Shown piece by piece: positions 27,706-37,403 of a stretch of 64,000 nucleotides of DNA. The stretch lies in the NCBI RefSeq assembly GCF_002087085.1, contig NZ_MWQY01000013.1, positions 62,001 through 126,000 on the forward strand. The letters run 5' to 3'. The position numbers and the translations under genes are program-made. The notes under the pieces are model-generated. The model made no database searches. It worked only from the letters and a program-made list of their open reading frames with translations, and had not been told where the DNA came from. Each line of letters begins with the position of its first letter. Position 1 is the stretch's first letter.

Positions 27706-28959
27706 ATGATGGGAACCCCCGTAGGCCGTGTGGAGCGAGAGTTTGTACTGAATAATGTGGCGGAAAAGAAGATATCCCTCAGGGTTCACGGATACAAGAA
27801 AACCCGCCAGGCCATTGTGCTCAGAATCGAAGAGGATGTACTGGTTCTGTACAATGATACGGAGGGATGGAGTGATTTCTCCGCCAAAGAGGAGATCCGC
27901 GTATTTTTTTCCTACTTCGGACACGTAATGACTTTTCCCAGCCGCGTAAAGAGTGCCGACGACTATCTGAGTATAGAAATCCCCGGAGAAATGATAAAGA
28001 ACCTGCAGCGAAAATACGAGCGCATTGCCCTGCCGCCGGGAACAATGGTCAGCTTTGCGGTGGAGAATATCACCTACGAACTTACCTTTCCCAAGACGGA
28101 AGAGTACAACCCGGCGGAACAGCCCGCTTACGGGGATGCTTTTCCCCAGGAATCACTGGATAAACTGATGGCGGGGGCTGCTAAAAAGATCAGCGAGTTC
28201 AAGGCGAATTACCGGATTCAGATGTTCCGGGACCGGGGGCCGAAGGGCTGGGAAGAGGAGATAATTACCCGCACCGGAAAGTCGCTGTTTGTCTCCCCCA
28301 TCAAGGCGGGGGTACCGAAAACAGATCCCGATATGTCCGGGAGGATCCTCACCAAGGCCCAGGCTCTGGCTCCGGAATACAATATCAATCTCTCGGAGCT
28401 CCTGGGCAGCGAAGCCGAACTGGATGAAAGGTTTTCCCAGCTGTCGGATAAGGACATCGTTGCAGTAATCTACTGCCCCCTGATCTATCACGATTATGTG
28501 ATCGGCTATATTCATGTCTGGTCGGAGCATGTCACCCTGGGAATAGAGGTTTTTGAATATCTCTACCAGTTTTCAAAGGTGCTCGTATATGCCCTGAAAA
28601 ATCACGCCTACTTCGATAATATTGAAAGGCAGAAAGGGGAGTATGCAGCCGAGATCCTCGATATCTCCGCCTCTGGACTCCTGTTTACTCATACGTCCCG
28701 GGAGCTTCATGAACGGCTTGTCCTCTATACCGACCTTGATCTGTTTTTACGTATGGGACCGAGGAAGATGGTTATCGGTTCCCGCATTATGAGAAAATAT
28801 CAGGATAACAAGCAGACTTATTACGGATGTCAGTTTCTGGACCTGAAGCCGGAGGATTTTCGCTTTCTTTTTGATTCAATTTACGGGCGGGAGCTGACCC
28901 CGGAAGACGAGGAGCTGTGGGAAGGCGGCGCAGAACCGCCGAAACTTACCTTCACCTAG
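27706..28959 (+). CDS. PilZ-domain c-di-GMP receptor with internal GAF-like insert
   Basis: QRKYER (RxxxR) and DISASG (DxSxxG) motifs, C-terminal YGCQF. SD AGGAG. Confidence 0.8.
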   Translation: MMGTPVGRVEREFVLNNVAEKKISLRVHGYKKTRQAIVLRIEEDVLVLYNDTEGWSDFSAKEEIRVFFSYFGHVMTFPSRVKSADDYLSIEIPGEMIKNLQRKYERIALPPGTMVSFAVENITYELTFPKTEEYNPAEQPAYGDAFPQESLDKLMAGAAKKISEFKANYRIQMFRDRGPKGWEEEIITRTGKSLFVSPIKAGVPKTDPDMSGRILTKAQALAPEYNINLSELLGSEAELDERFSQLSDKDIVAVIYCPLIYHDYVIGYIHVWSEHVTLGIEVFEYLYQFSKVLVYALKNHAYFDNIERQKGEYAAEILDISASGLLFTHTSRELHERLVLYTDLDLFLRMGPRKMVIGSRIMRKYQDNKQTYYGCQFLDLKPEDFRFLFDSIYGRELTPEDEELWEGGAEPPKLTFT

Positions 28960-29002
28960 CAGGGACGTATCAAGGACTCGCTGTATTGATCCGAAAATGT
29001 AG

Positions 29003-31708
29003 TTGAAAATGTTTCGCATTATTCTGGAGCTGAATGATTTTTATCTTCTCAGAAAAATGAAGGCCCGTCTGATGGGAGAGGTCTCCGAGGGCTTTTCTTC
29101 CCTCTATCCCGGGTTGTCCGCATTCCGTGTCGAGGGGGCGGCCCTGGTCCTGGAGGCCGGGGATATCGCGGCGGATTATCTGGTGGAAGGTCTTTATCGT
29201 TTTTACCAGGAGCTTCTGAAAAAGCGTCTGCTTTTGCACGGATTCTTCATCGGGGTTGATTATTCTCCTTCGAAGGAATTCAGCATACATCCCGATGGAA
29301 AGTGGAGTGTTCTCTCCCCCGGGCTTGATTCCCTTTCCCTGACGGAAAGCGCCAACGAGGTGCTTATGCCGTTTGTCTGCACCGAGGGCAGCGGACCGCT
29401 GCTGAGGGTAACCGGAATCAGCGATGCTTCCGCCGAAAAGGCGCAGCCTTTTCATGGTTTTGCAGAAGGTGAAAACCTCGCTCTGATACATGAGATCTTT
29501 CAGTCCTGGAAGGACTCCCGCCGGAAAGGACGGCCCTTTTTTATACATTCCCTCAACCCCGCCGAGCAGTATCGTCTGGCAGTCTCCGTGGCTGATGAGG
29601 CGGGAGAGGCGGAGAACCTGCCTCTCATAGATCTGAACTATCCCTGGCGTTCACCCTGCGGGGCCTTTCTAGGGGCCTTCGGCCCTGGTCAGGATCTCTC
29701 GCTTGCCTCTGAGGTACCGGAAGAATCACGGGAAGAGTGGAGGGAGCTGGGAGAAGGATTATTCCGGGGAGAGGATCTCTTCTGCGAGCAGGATGCCCTC
29801 TCCTGGTTGAGCAGGACTTTTCCCGCCTACGCCGGGGGAGCGAGGAAGCGGGGTGTTGTTCCCGTTGTCCTGCTGACCGGTGCGGAGAGAATGAACCGTG
29901 TCGCCCGGCGTATAGTGGAAGGTATTCTGGCCCCTCTGCATGAGCGGGGCATTCTGTTCTGTCTGCTTCTGGGAGCCCGTCCGCCCCGTTATAAGCGATC
30001 ATCCTGCAATTTTACAGAGTTCCGACGGGCTCCGCACAAGGGAAGGCAGACGGATTTGTATCGGCTCTACTCGGGACTAAAGGATGACGAGAAGAAAAGC
30101 ATCTCTGCTGCAGCACTTTTTGCCCCTTTTCTGCCGGCTGCCGATCTTCTGAGCTGTCTGTACAGGACCGGTTCCCCCAGGCAGAAGATCGATACACTTT
30201 TCGCGAAACTTGTCGCCTCCGGCGGAGCGTTCAGAACGTGGAGGTATTTCTTTCCCCTTCTGAAGCTGCCGTACCGCTTGTCCCGTGAAGATTTTCAGCG
30301 GAGGGGAATAAACGAACTTCTCTCGTTTTCCGGTGGAATGAATCCGGCTCCCTTCGGACTCGAATACGCCGCCATTGCGGCCATGCTCTCTCCGGATCAC
30401 GCCGTTTCCCTGTTCGTTCCTCTTCTGCGGGTGGTTTACGGATTTGGGGGCGATAAGTCGCTTCCGGTACTGTTCAGCGTTTTTGGCCTGCTGAAAGGGC
30501 GGCACAGGCGTCTTTTCCGTATCGCCGGGTTCCTTATGGGACGGGAAACTGCGTACGCCGAACCTGAGGATACCGCAGGGGCGGAAGACGAATATGAGAG
30601 TGAGATCGACTCCCTGGTGGATATTGTTTCGGTGGGAAATATGCTTTTCCGCGGGGACCACAGTTCCGCCCTGAGTCGGGCCAAGAATGTGCTTTTCCGT
30701 GTACAGGAGAAACAGAGTCCCTGCCATGTTGCCCGTGCCCAGCTCTCCGTTGGATCTTCCATGCTCTGCATGGGAAGAGTGGAAGAGGCAAACGACTACT
30801 TTTCTCTGGCCTACGAAACCAGCAAATCCTGCTCCAATACGACTGACAGGATGGAATCGTGTATACGACGGGGTATATCCCTCTTTTTGTTCGGAAATTA
30901 TTCCCGGGCCGATCGGCAGCTGTCCGACGGTATTCGTATCGCAGGGGGATACTGTCGCGGGGATTCCCTGCTGTTCGCCCACTTTCTCAAGGGCCGCATT
31001 GCCTTTACCCTTGGACGTTATGCCGCTGCGGAGGAGCTGTTCTGGAAATGCCTCTCCATTGCAACGGTACTTGGAGAACCCCATCAGTTGTTTTATGCCT
31101 GGCTGGGGCGTTCCATGATTTACAGCGGCCGCCTGCGGGAGGGGACCGGGATTCTGGCACAGCTTCCTCGAACCGCGGAGGTTCTGTATTACACAGCGGA
31201 GGGAAAGCTCTTCGAGGGAGATATCCCCTGTGCCCTGGATCTGGCCCGACGCAGCGAAAGGACTATCCGCATCGAAACCCCGCCGGTCGGCTGTTTCGGC
31301 AGATACACCTGGCAGAACGGTTACAGCAACGTCGAGGACTGCGCCTTTCACGGACCCGACGGAAGACGGGTGCTTTTCAACTGTGTAAGCGCTTTTCGCT
31401 GGTACCTGGAGAGCCTCGGCGGAAACCCTCAGGCCGGTCGTATGGTACTTGAGCAGATCACCAGGGAAGAAAAACTGGGCGAGCTCGATCCCTATTATCA
31501 TTTCTATTACCTGGTTCATGCCCTTCTTATTCCCGAGGATACCCACAATGAATCCCTGGAACGGATAACCTATGTAAGCAAGGGCTTGAAGTACCTGCAG
31601 CGGATCGGGTCGGTCATCGATGATGTATCTTCCAGGCTGGATTTCATTAATAAAAGTCACTGGAACAGGATGCTGATGGATATAGCAAGGAATGAGAAAC
31701 TGGCGTGA
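29003..31708 (+). CDS. large hypothetical protein with C-terminal TPR-like repeats
   Basis: 901-aa ORF with helical repeats (GRVEEANDYF, GNYSRAD, GRYAAAEE). Confidence 0.65.
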   Translation: MKMFRIILELNDFYLLRKMKARLMGEVSEGFSSLYPGLSAFRVEGAALVLEAGDIAADYLVEGLYRFYQELLKKRLLLHGFFIGVDYSPSKEFSIHPDGKWSVLSPGLDSLSLTESANEVLMPFVCTEGSGPLLRVTGISDASAEKAQPFHGFAEGENLALIHEIFQSWKDSRRKGRPFFIHSLNPAEQYRLAVSVADEAGEAENLPLIDLNYPWRSPCGAFLGAFGPGQDLSLASEVPEESREEWRELGEGLFRGEDLFCEQDALSWLSRTFPAYAGGARKRGVVPVVLLTGAERMNRVARRIVEGILAPLHERGILFCLLLGARPPRYKRSSCNFTEFRRAPHKGRQTDLYRLYSGLKDDEKKSISAAALFAPFLPAADLLSCLYRTGSPRQKIDTLFAKLVASGGAFRTWRYFFPLLKLPYRLSREDFQRRGINELLSFSGGMNPAPFGLEYAAIAAMLSPDHAVSLFVPLLRVVYGFGGDKSLPVLFSVFGLLKGRHRRLFRIAGFLMGRETAYAEPEDTAGAEDEYESEIDSLVDIVSVGNMLFRGDHSSALSRAKNVLFRVQEKQSPCHVARAQLSVGSSMLCMGRVEEANDYFSLAYETSKSCSNTTDRMESCIRRGISLFLFGNYSRADRQLSDGIRIAGGYCRGDSLLFAHFLKGRIAFTLGRYAAAEELFWKCLSIATVLGEPHQLFYAWLGRSMIYSGRLREGTGILAQLPRTAEVLYYTAEGKLFEGDIPCALDLARRSERTIRIETPPVGCFGRYTWQNGYSNVEDCAFHGPDGRRVLFNCVSAFRWYLESLGGNPQAGRMVLEQITREEKLGELDPYYHFYYLVHALLIPEDTHNESLERITYVSKGLKYLQRIGSVIDDVSSRLDFINKSHWNRMLMDIARNEKLA

Positions 31709-31735
31709 AACCGGGAAAAACTCTCGGGAGGATGC

Positions 31736-31764
31736 TTGACACATGCCCTTTGCATTGCTATAGT
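31736..31764 (+). promoter_or_regulatory. tRNA promoter
   Basis: TTGACA, 17 nt spacer, TATAGT, with extended -10 TG. Confidence 0.85.
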
Positions 31765-31781
31765 ACCGCTACATTTTTAGA

Positions 31782-31854
31782 GGTGGCGTAGCTCAGTCGG
31801 TAGAGCAAACGGCTCATATCCGTTCGGTCAGGGGTTCAAGTCCCTTCGCCACTA
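31782..31854 (+). tRNA. tRNA-Met (CAT), probably elongator; CCA not encoded
   Basis: Acceptor GGTGGCG/CGCCACT, D arm GCTC/GAGC, anticodon arm AACGG-CTCATAT-CCGTT, T loop GTTCAAG. It lacks the initiator 3GC pairs and the C1:A72 mismatch. Confidence 0.95.
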
Positions 31855-31858
31855 ACGG

Positions 31859-31894
31859 CCGGTAATTCCTTTTTGGACTTGCCGGTTTTTTTTT
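31859..31894 (+). terminator. intrinsic terminator after tRNA
   Basis: CCGGTAATTCC/GGACTTGCCGG stem followed by a T9 run. Confidence 0.8.
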
Positions 31895-31935
31895 ATCCGT
31901 ATACCATGGACCCAGTCTGTTTTGAGGAGTCTCCC

Positions 31936-32709
31936 ATGCTCGGGTTCTGCATTAAAAAAACCTTTTTTGATATCTGGGATAATCTTTTTCTACTGCTGTT
32001 GATTAACATCGGCTTCATTCTGATGCTGGGCGTCGTCATTTATCTGCCGTCTCTGCTGAGCTTTTCTCCCTTTCTGTCGATTTTCGGCCTTTCCCTGGGA
32101 ATCCTGCTTTTTTCAGTCTATCTCGGCGGGGCGGTTAAAATGACAAAGGAGATGTCGGATTTTCGTTCCGTATCCATAAGCTCCCTTCCCCGATACATAA
32201 GGGATAATCTGATACCCTCACTGGCGATCGGCGGCATCGCTATCCTTCAGGTCGTTCTTTTTTCCGTGATTTTTCCCTTTTACATGAATATCGGAGGAAT
32301 TATCGGCCTGGGAGTGGCTTCCCTTCTTTTCTGGACAAGTTTTATCTGGTGGCTTGCAAGCCAATATTACTGGCCCCTTTACTGTCGTCTGGAGAGAAAT
32401 ATCGGGAAATCCCTGAAAAAGTCGGTCCTGCTCTTTTTCGACAATACGGGATTTACCCTGTTCCTGGGGCTGGGCAGTCTTTTCCTGCTGGTGATTTCGG
32501 GCTTTACCGCCTTTCTGGTTCCCGGTTTTGCCGCGATTCTCCTCTGGCATCAGGTCGCGTTCAAGCTGCGCCTCTACAAGTACGATTATCTTGAAGAGAA
32601 TCCGGGGGCTGATCGGAAGCGTATCCCCTGGGCCGTACTTGTCCAGGAGGATCGGGAAAAGCTGGGTCCCCGCAGCCTTAAGGGCATGATCTTTCCCTGG
32701 AAGGAATAA
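31936..32709 (+). CDS. integral membrane protein (DUF624/YesL-like)
   Basis: About 6 hydrophobic helices. SD GAGGAG precedes ATG 31936; TTGCCG-17-TACCAT at 31879-31907. Confidence 0.75.
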   Translation: MLGFCIKKTFFDIWDNLFLLLLINIGFILMLGVVIYLPSLLSFSPFLSIFGLSLGILLFSVYLGGAVKMTKEMSDFRSVSISSLPRYIRDNLIPSLAIGGIAILQVVLFSVIFPFYMNIGGIIGLGVASLLFWTSFIWWLASQYYWPLYCRLERNIGKSLKKSVLLFFDNTGFTLFLGLGSLFLLVISGFTAFLVPGFAAILLWHQVAFKLRLYKYDYLEENPGADRKRIPWAVLVQEDREKLGPRSLKGMIFPWKE

Positions 32710-32718
32710 GCTGCGCGC

Positions 32719-34221
32719 CTAGTCCGGCCCCGGGGAAATAAGGGCTTCCTCGATCTCAGGAGCTCTGTCCAGCTGGTTCGACTCCCATAGGTACAACACA
32801 AGCCGTGCCGCCCGGTGGTATATGGCGGTACGTATGCTTGTCTCGATATGGGCCAGGGCAAAGGGGCTGACAAAGCTGAAGGCCAGAGCCGCAGGATGGT
32901 AGCGCGCCTTCAGGGTTTTCTGCAGACGGCGGATCCTGCCGGCAATACCGGCAACCCGTAAGCCGCGGCGGGCGCCGGTAAAGATTCCCCTGATAAGTTC
33001 ATCCTCCGTCAGTTCGTTGATCCGTACCGCAAATTCCAAGGATATTCGTCCAAGGGTGCTTCTGATACCCGGGGCGGAATAGAGCCGGGACAGCAGCAGG
33101 ACCGAGCTGAAGTAGCCGCCGGCAATTATCTCCCTGAGTCGCAGCTCTTCAAAGGACGGGACTTTTTGCGGCGCATAGTGTTCTGCCGCGGATTGCCAGA
33201 GGGCCTTGATCCCCTCGATGAAACCCGGAGAGCTCCCCGGGGAACTCAGAACCTGCCGCCGGGCCGCCAGAACCGCGGCATTCTTCAGTCTTCTGAGTAT
33301 GCGTCCCGTTCTGGCGCCCGGTCTGCTCCGGGTTTCCCCGCTTTTAAGGGCATCCTCGATATGGTGGTCCGTCTCGATCCCAAGATCCCGGAGCACCGCA
33401 TTGACCCGCTGGGCGCCTTCTTCAAAAAGTATGGACTGCTCATCCCAGTTCTCCGGATTAAGGATCTCCTCCAGCCTGCGTCCTGCGTTGATTATCTCCT
33501 TTTTTTTCAGGGATTGTATGCGACCGGCGATGAGCGGATTTTCTCCTCCGTAGAGGTAAATGCCGTAATAGCTTATCCGTAAAAGCACAAGGGCATAGAG
33601 ATAGCGAAAGCTTCCGTCAAAAAGAATGCCCGTTATCATGGAGCGGACGAGATACAGAATCAGCATGGGAAGCCCGACAAGGGGGATCAGGGCGATCCGC
33701 AGTAATGGAAAAAGCAGCCGGACTCTTGAAAGCTGACGGATAAGCGGCAGACCCATGATACGGGAATAGGCCCGGCTGATGTTCCCCGCCCGGAGGAGCC
33801 ATTTCAGGCGGGTTCCGTAGAGTTTTCTCAGGAGGGGTCTGCGATGTATGTCGGCGTAGATATCGGAAAAGGCCAGCATGGCCACCTCCGCAGCATTCCG
33901 GACACTGAAGGAAAAGCGCAGCTGGTCACGGGCTTCCCCATCCGGGCCGGTGCGGATCTCCTGCAGGGAGAGGAGTATCTCCCGGATGTCCCGGGCAATC
34001 TCGTATTTCGGAGTAAAAAGCGTCGTCAGGCGGGCCCGGACGGTCTTTTCGGCTGCGCTGAAGCTGGCGAGCTCCGCCTCTTTCCATCCTGCTTCCATTT
34101 CCCTGAGCCGCCGGGGAAGCAGGTGCCGCCGGGCCAGCAGAAGAACAATCTGCACCACGGCGAAACGCATGCAGAGGGGAACAAGAAGCAGGGGAAGCAG
34201 CATCCACAAGTACTCCGGCAT
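32719..34221 (-). CDS. hypothetical membrane protein
   Basis: Long ORF with several hydrophobic segments. Start moved to ATG 34221 on promoter geometry. Confidence 0.7.
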   Translation of the reverse strand: MPEYLWMLLPLLLVPLCMRFAVVQIVLLLARRHLLPRRLREMEAGWKEAELASFSAAEKTVRARLTTLFTPKYEIARDIREILLSLQEIRTGPDGEARDQLRFSFSVRNAAEVAMLAFSDIYADIHRRPLLRKLYGTRLKWLLRAGNISRAYSRIMGLPLIRQLSRVRLLFPLLRIALIPLVGLPMLILYLVRSMITGILFDGSFRYLYALVLLRISYYGIYLYGGENPLIAGRIQSLKKKEIINAGRRLEEILNPENWDEQSILFEEGAQRVNAVLRDLGIETDHHIEDALKSGETRSRPGARTGRILRRLKNAAVLAARRQVLSSPGSSPGFIEGIKALWQSAAEHYAPQKVPSFEELRLREIIAGGYFSSVLLLSRLYSAPGIRSTLGRISLEFAVRINELTEDELIRGIFTGARRGLRVAGIAGRIRRLQKTLKARYHPAALAFSFVSPFALAHIETSIRTAIYHRAARLVLYLWESNQLDRAPEIEEALISPGPD

Positions 34222-34227
34222 GAACCC

Positions 34228-34256
34228 ATTGTATCCGCTGAAAAAGAGGGTAGCAA
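34228..34256 (-). promoter_or_regulatory. sigma70-type promoter (leaderless geometry)
   Basis: Minus strand TTGCTA, 17 nt, TACAAT, 6 nt, ATG. Confidence 0.7.
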
Positions 34257-34260
34257 CAGC

Positions 34261-34302
34261 TTGATTCACGCATCGATGTATACTAAACTAATGTTAAGTA
34301 TA
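34261..34302 (+). promoter_or_regulatory. dnaE2 promoter overlapped by a palindromic operator
   Basis: TTGATT-17-TAAACT. Inverted repeat TATACT-AAAC-TAAT-GTTA-AGTATA at 34279-34302. Confidence 0.6.
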
Positions 34303-37300
34303 TGAAGCGGGAAACTCCTCTGCCATCACTCCATTGCCGTTCCCATTACAGCCTGCTGGCGGGACCTCTGTCGCCGGAGGATATCTGCCGCAGGGCCGCG
34401 GAGGAGGGTGCGGAGAGCGTCGGCATGGTGGACAGGGCAAACCTGTACGGGCTTCCCGCCTTGTATCGGGCCGCCGGGCGCTACAATCTCAAGGCTGTGG
34501 CGGGGGTGGAATTCGCCTCTCCCGGTTCATCCCGGGACTCTCTCCCTCTCTTTACCTTTTATCCCCTGAACCGGGAAGGTTTTGCCCGCCTCAACCGCCT
34601 GATAAGCCGGTTTGCCGACTCTTCTTCAGACCCCGTGGAGCTCCTTTTGAAGGAGGGCTGGGAGGGAGGCAGGGTGGCGGTATTCCGGCCGGAACTTTTT
34701 CCACGGCTGCTGGAAAGGAGCCGTCGCGGTCTTGTCGCTGCCCTGGTCTGGGGCCTGCCCTTCCGCGCGATGCTGACAGAGGCCCGGAGACTGCGTATTC
34801 CTCCCCTGGCGCTGAACGCGGCGCTCTACGCAACGGAGGAAGAACGGCGGCTCTACCGTATTCTTCGGGCCATCGACGAGAACCGCAGCATTCAGAGAAA
34901 CCGGGGAGCAGAACAGGAGGGGCTTCCCCCCGCATGGCGCCGGCGCTGTTCCCCCGCACAGATGGCGGCCTTTTTTTCCTCCCTGCCGGATGCCCTGTAT
35001 CAGGCCCGTCTGCTGGCCGGGGACGCCGCATCGTCCCTCTTTCCGGACAGCTACGTCTTTCCCTCCTTTCAGGGCATGCGGCCCGAGGAGGAGTATCAGC
35101 GCCTCCGGGGCCTGTGCATGCGGGGTGTCCGCCGACGCTACGGATCTCTGACCCCTGCCGTCCGCCGACGCCTGGACTACGAACTGGATATCATCAGGCG
35201 CAAGGGCTTTGCCGGATACTTCCTGGTGGTGCAGGACATCGTCGCCCGTTGTCCCCGGACCTGCGGACGGGGAAGTTCCGCCGCCAGCATTGTTTCGTAC
35301 CTTCTTGAGATAACCCATGTTGACCCTCTGGCCTGTGACCTCTTTTTCGAACGCTTTCTGAATATGGGACGCATGGATCCTCCGGACATAGATGTGGATT
35401 TTCCCTGGGACGAAAGGGAAAAGACCCTGGACTACGTCTTCGCTGCGTATGCCGGGCAGGCGGGAATGGTGGCGGACCATGTTACCTTCGGGTCCCGGTC
35501 GGCGCTGCGGGAGTCCGCCAGGGCCTTCGGATTGCCTGAACCGGATATAGGGCCCCTCGCCGAAGCTTTCCGCATGGGGGAATCCGGACTGCCTCCCTAC
35601 CTCGAGGCGACCGCCAAAGGGCTTCTCGGTATCCCCCGGCATCTTGGAACCCACCCCGGGGGGGTGGTAATCAGTCCCGGACCCATAACCGATTATACCC
35701 ATGTCGGGACTTCTCCCCTGGGCCGGCCGTTGATCGCCTGGGAAAAGGAGGGAACCGAGGATGCGGGGCTGGTCAAGATCGATCTTTTGGGAAACAGGTC
35801 CCTGGGGGTGCTCCGGGATGTACTGACCCTGACCGCTCCCCTGCGGGCCGGGGCCGGGGAGCCTCCCCTGGAGTGGAGCAGCTTCAATCCTCTGGAGGAT
35901 ACCCGTACCAGGGAGATGATCGAAGCGGGGGATACCCTGGGGGTCTTCTACGTGGAGTCCCCAGCCACGCGGCAGCTTCTGAAAAAGATGCGGTGCGGCG
36001 ATTATCCCCATCTCGTTATCGCCAGTTCCATTATCCGCCCCGCCGCCAACCGCTACATCAATGCTTTTCTCCGGCGACTGCGGGGAGCGGTTCATGATTC
36101 CCTGCATCCGGCGGTGGATGAGGTTCTGGCGGAGACCCGGGGCATCATGGTTTACCAGGAGGACGTTGCCCGGGTGGCCATTGCGGTCTGCGGTTACAGC
36201 CCTGCTGAGGCGGACAGCCTGCGCAAGGTACTGTCAAAGAAGGACCGCTCCCTTCGGCTGCCGGCCTTTCGCGAGGAGTTTATCCGCCGGGGCCGCAGCC
36301 GGGGGGTCGCCCCGAAGGTGCTGGAGGAACTCTGGGAAGGGATCCTCTCCTTCGAAGGATATTCCTTCTGCAAAGCCCACAGCGCTTCCTACGCCCTGGT
36401 CTCCTACCGCCTGGCCTGGCTCAAGGCGCGGTATCCCCTGGAGTTCTTCTGCGCCGTCATCAACAACGGCGGGGGGTTCTATTCCCGGCAGGTCTATCTC
36501 AACGCCCTCTCCAGGGCGGGTTTTCCCCTCCTTCCGCCGGATGTGAACCGGAGCGCAGGGCCCTATACGGTAGAGCGCCGGGAGTACCCGGGGGGTGCTC
36601 TGAGAACCGGACTTCTTCAGCTCAAGGGGGTGGAGGATTCCTTTATCAGGAAACTTCTGGATGAACGCCACCGCCGGGGACCCTTTGCCGATTTTCAGGA
36701 TTTTCTTATGCGCCTCAATCCTCCGCTGCCGGATATCCGCGGACTGATCCGTTCCGGTTCCCTGGACGGAATCGCTGCCGGAGTACACCGGCCGGGACTT
36801 TTCTGGTACTATTTTCACGTATCAAAGCATCCCGAGCTCTTTATTGCACCTGCAGCCCCGGCATCCCTGGGGGATTACCCCGGAGAGGTAAAACTGCAGG
36901 ATGAGCTGGAGACCCTGGGACTGCTGGTAAGCCGGCATCCGGCGGAACTTCTTCGGATTCCGGAGGGGATGTACGATTGTGATGTTATTCTGACGGGTTC
37001 GGGCAGCATTCCGGAGTTCCCGGGAAAACGGATCGCCATACCTTCGGTTCTCGTTACCGGCAAGGAGGTGCGGACCAGGACAAAAAAAGAGATGTGTTTC
37101 CTGAGTTTCGAGGACCTGGAGGGAATTTATGAGACCGTGCTTTTTCCCGAGGTCTACCGGCGTCTGTATCCCCGTATCTGCAGATTCTGCGCCTTTCTGG
37201 TTACCGGTACGGTGGAACAGGAGTTCGGGGTTTTTCAGCTCAGGGTGGAAGAGCTGGAGCCTCTGGACGCTGCTCCCCTTGATTCACCGAAACAGGTGTG

Positions 37301-37403
37301 TCAATATTGGCCCAGGAGCAGCCTGGAACATGAAAGTTGGAATAATCTGCGTAGCCTCGACGGAAACGGAGGGAGCGACTTTTCTGGAGCTCTTGTCCGA
37401 TAA
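34302..37403 (+). CDS. dnaE2: DNA polymerase III alpha subunit, DnaE2-like (probably accessory/error-prone)
   Basis: PHP LHCRSHYSLL, GRGSSAASIVSYLL, FERFL, catalytic PPDIDVDF, HPGGVV, KIDLLG, YSFCKAHS and a C-terminal OB fold. Confidence 0.85.
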   Translation: MKRETPLPSLHCRSHYSLLAGPLSPEDICRRAAEEGAESVGMVDRANLYGLPALYRAAGRYNLKAVAGVEFASPGSSRDSLPLFTFYPLNREGFARLNRLISRFADSSSDPVELLLKEGWEGGRVAVFRPELFPRLLERSRRGLVAALVWGLPFRAMLTEARRLRIPPLALNAALYATEEERRLYRILRAIDENRSIQRNRGAEQEGLPPAWRRRCSPAQMAAFFSSLPDALYQARLLAGDAASSLFPDSYVFPSFQGMRPEEEYQRLRGLCMRGVRRRYGSLTPAVRRRLDYELDIIRRKGFAGYFLVVQDIVARCPRTCGRGSSAASIVSYLLEITHVDPLACDLFFERFLNMGRMDPPDIDVDFPWDEREKTLDYVFAAYAGQAGMVADHVTFGSRSALRESARAFGLPEPDIGPLAEAFRMGESGLPPYLEATAKGLLGIPRHLGTHPGGVVISPGPITDYTHVGTSPLGRPLIAWEKEGTEDAGLVKIDLLGNRSLGVLRDVLTLTAPLRAGAGEPPLEWSSFNPLEDTRTREMIEAGDTLGVFYVESPATRQLLKKMRCGDYPHLVIASSIIRPAANRYINAFLRRLRGAVHDSLHPAVDEVLAETRGIMVYQEDVARVAIAVCGYSPAEADSLRKVLSKKDRSLRLPAFREEFIRRGRSRGVAPKVLEELWEGILSFEGYSFCKAHSASYALVSYRLAWLKARYPLEFFCAVINNGGGFYSRQVYLNALSRAGFPLLPPDVNRSAGPYTVERREYPGGALRTGLLQLKGVEDSFIRKLLDERHRRGPFADFQDFLMRLNPPLPDIRGLIRSGSLDGIAAGVHRPGLFWYYFHVSKHPELFIAPAAPASLGDYPGEVKLQDELETLGLLVSRHPAELLRIPEGMYDCDVILTGSGSIPEFPGKRIAIPSVLVTGKEVRTRTKKEMCFLSFEDLEGIYETVLFPEVYRRLYPRICRFCAFLVTGTVEQEFGVFQLRVEELEPLDAAPLDSPKQVCQYWPRSSLEHESWNNLRSLDGNGGSDFSGALVR

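Noticed and set aside
34260..37287. CTTGATTCAC repeated at both ends of dnaE2 (34260 and 37278), as a possible target-site duplication
   Set aside because: It is only 10 bp, there is no mobility gene, and both copies fit -35 hexamers.
37129..37329. N-terminal extension of the ankyrin protein in the ORF track
   Set aside because: It overlaps the conserved DnaE OB fold. ATG 37330 has an SD.
31782..37403. Integrated element at the tRNA-Met
   Set aside because: There is no integrase, and I saw no repeat of the tRNA 3' end downstream.
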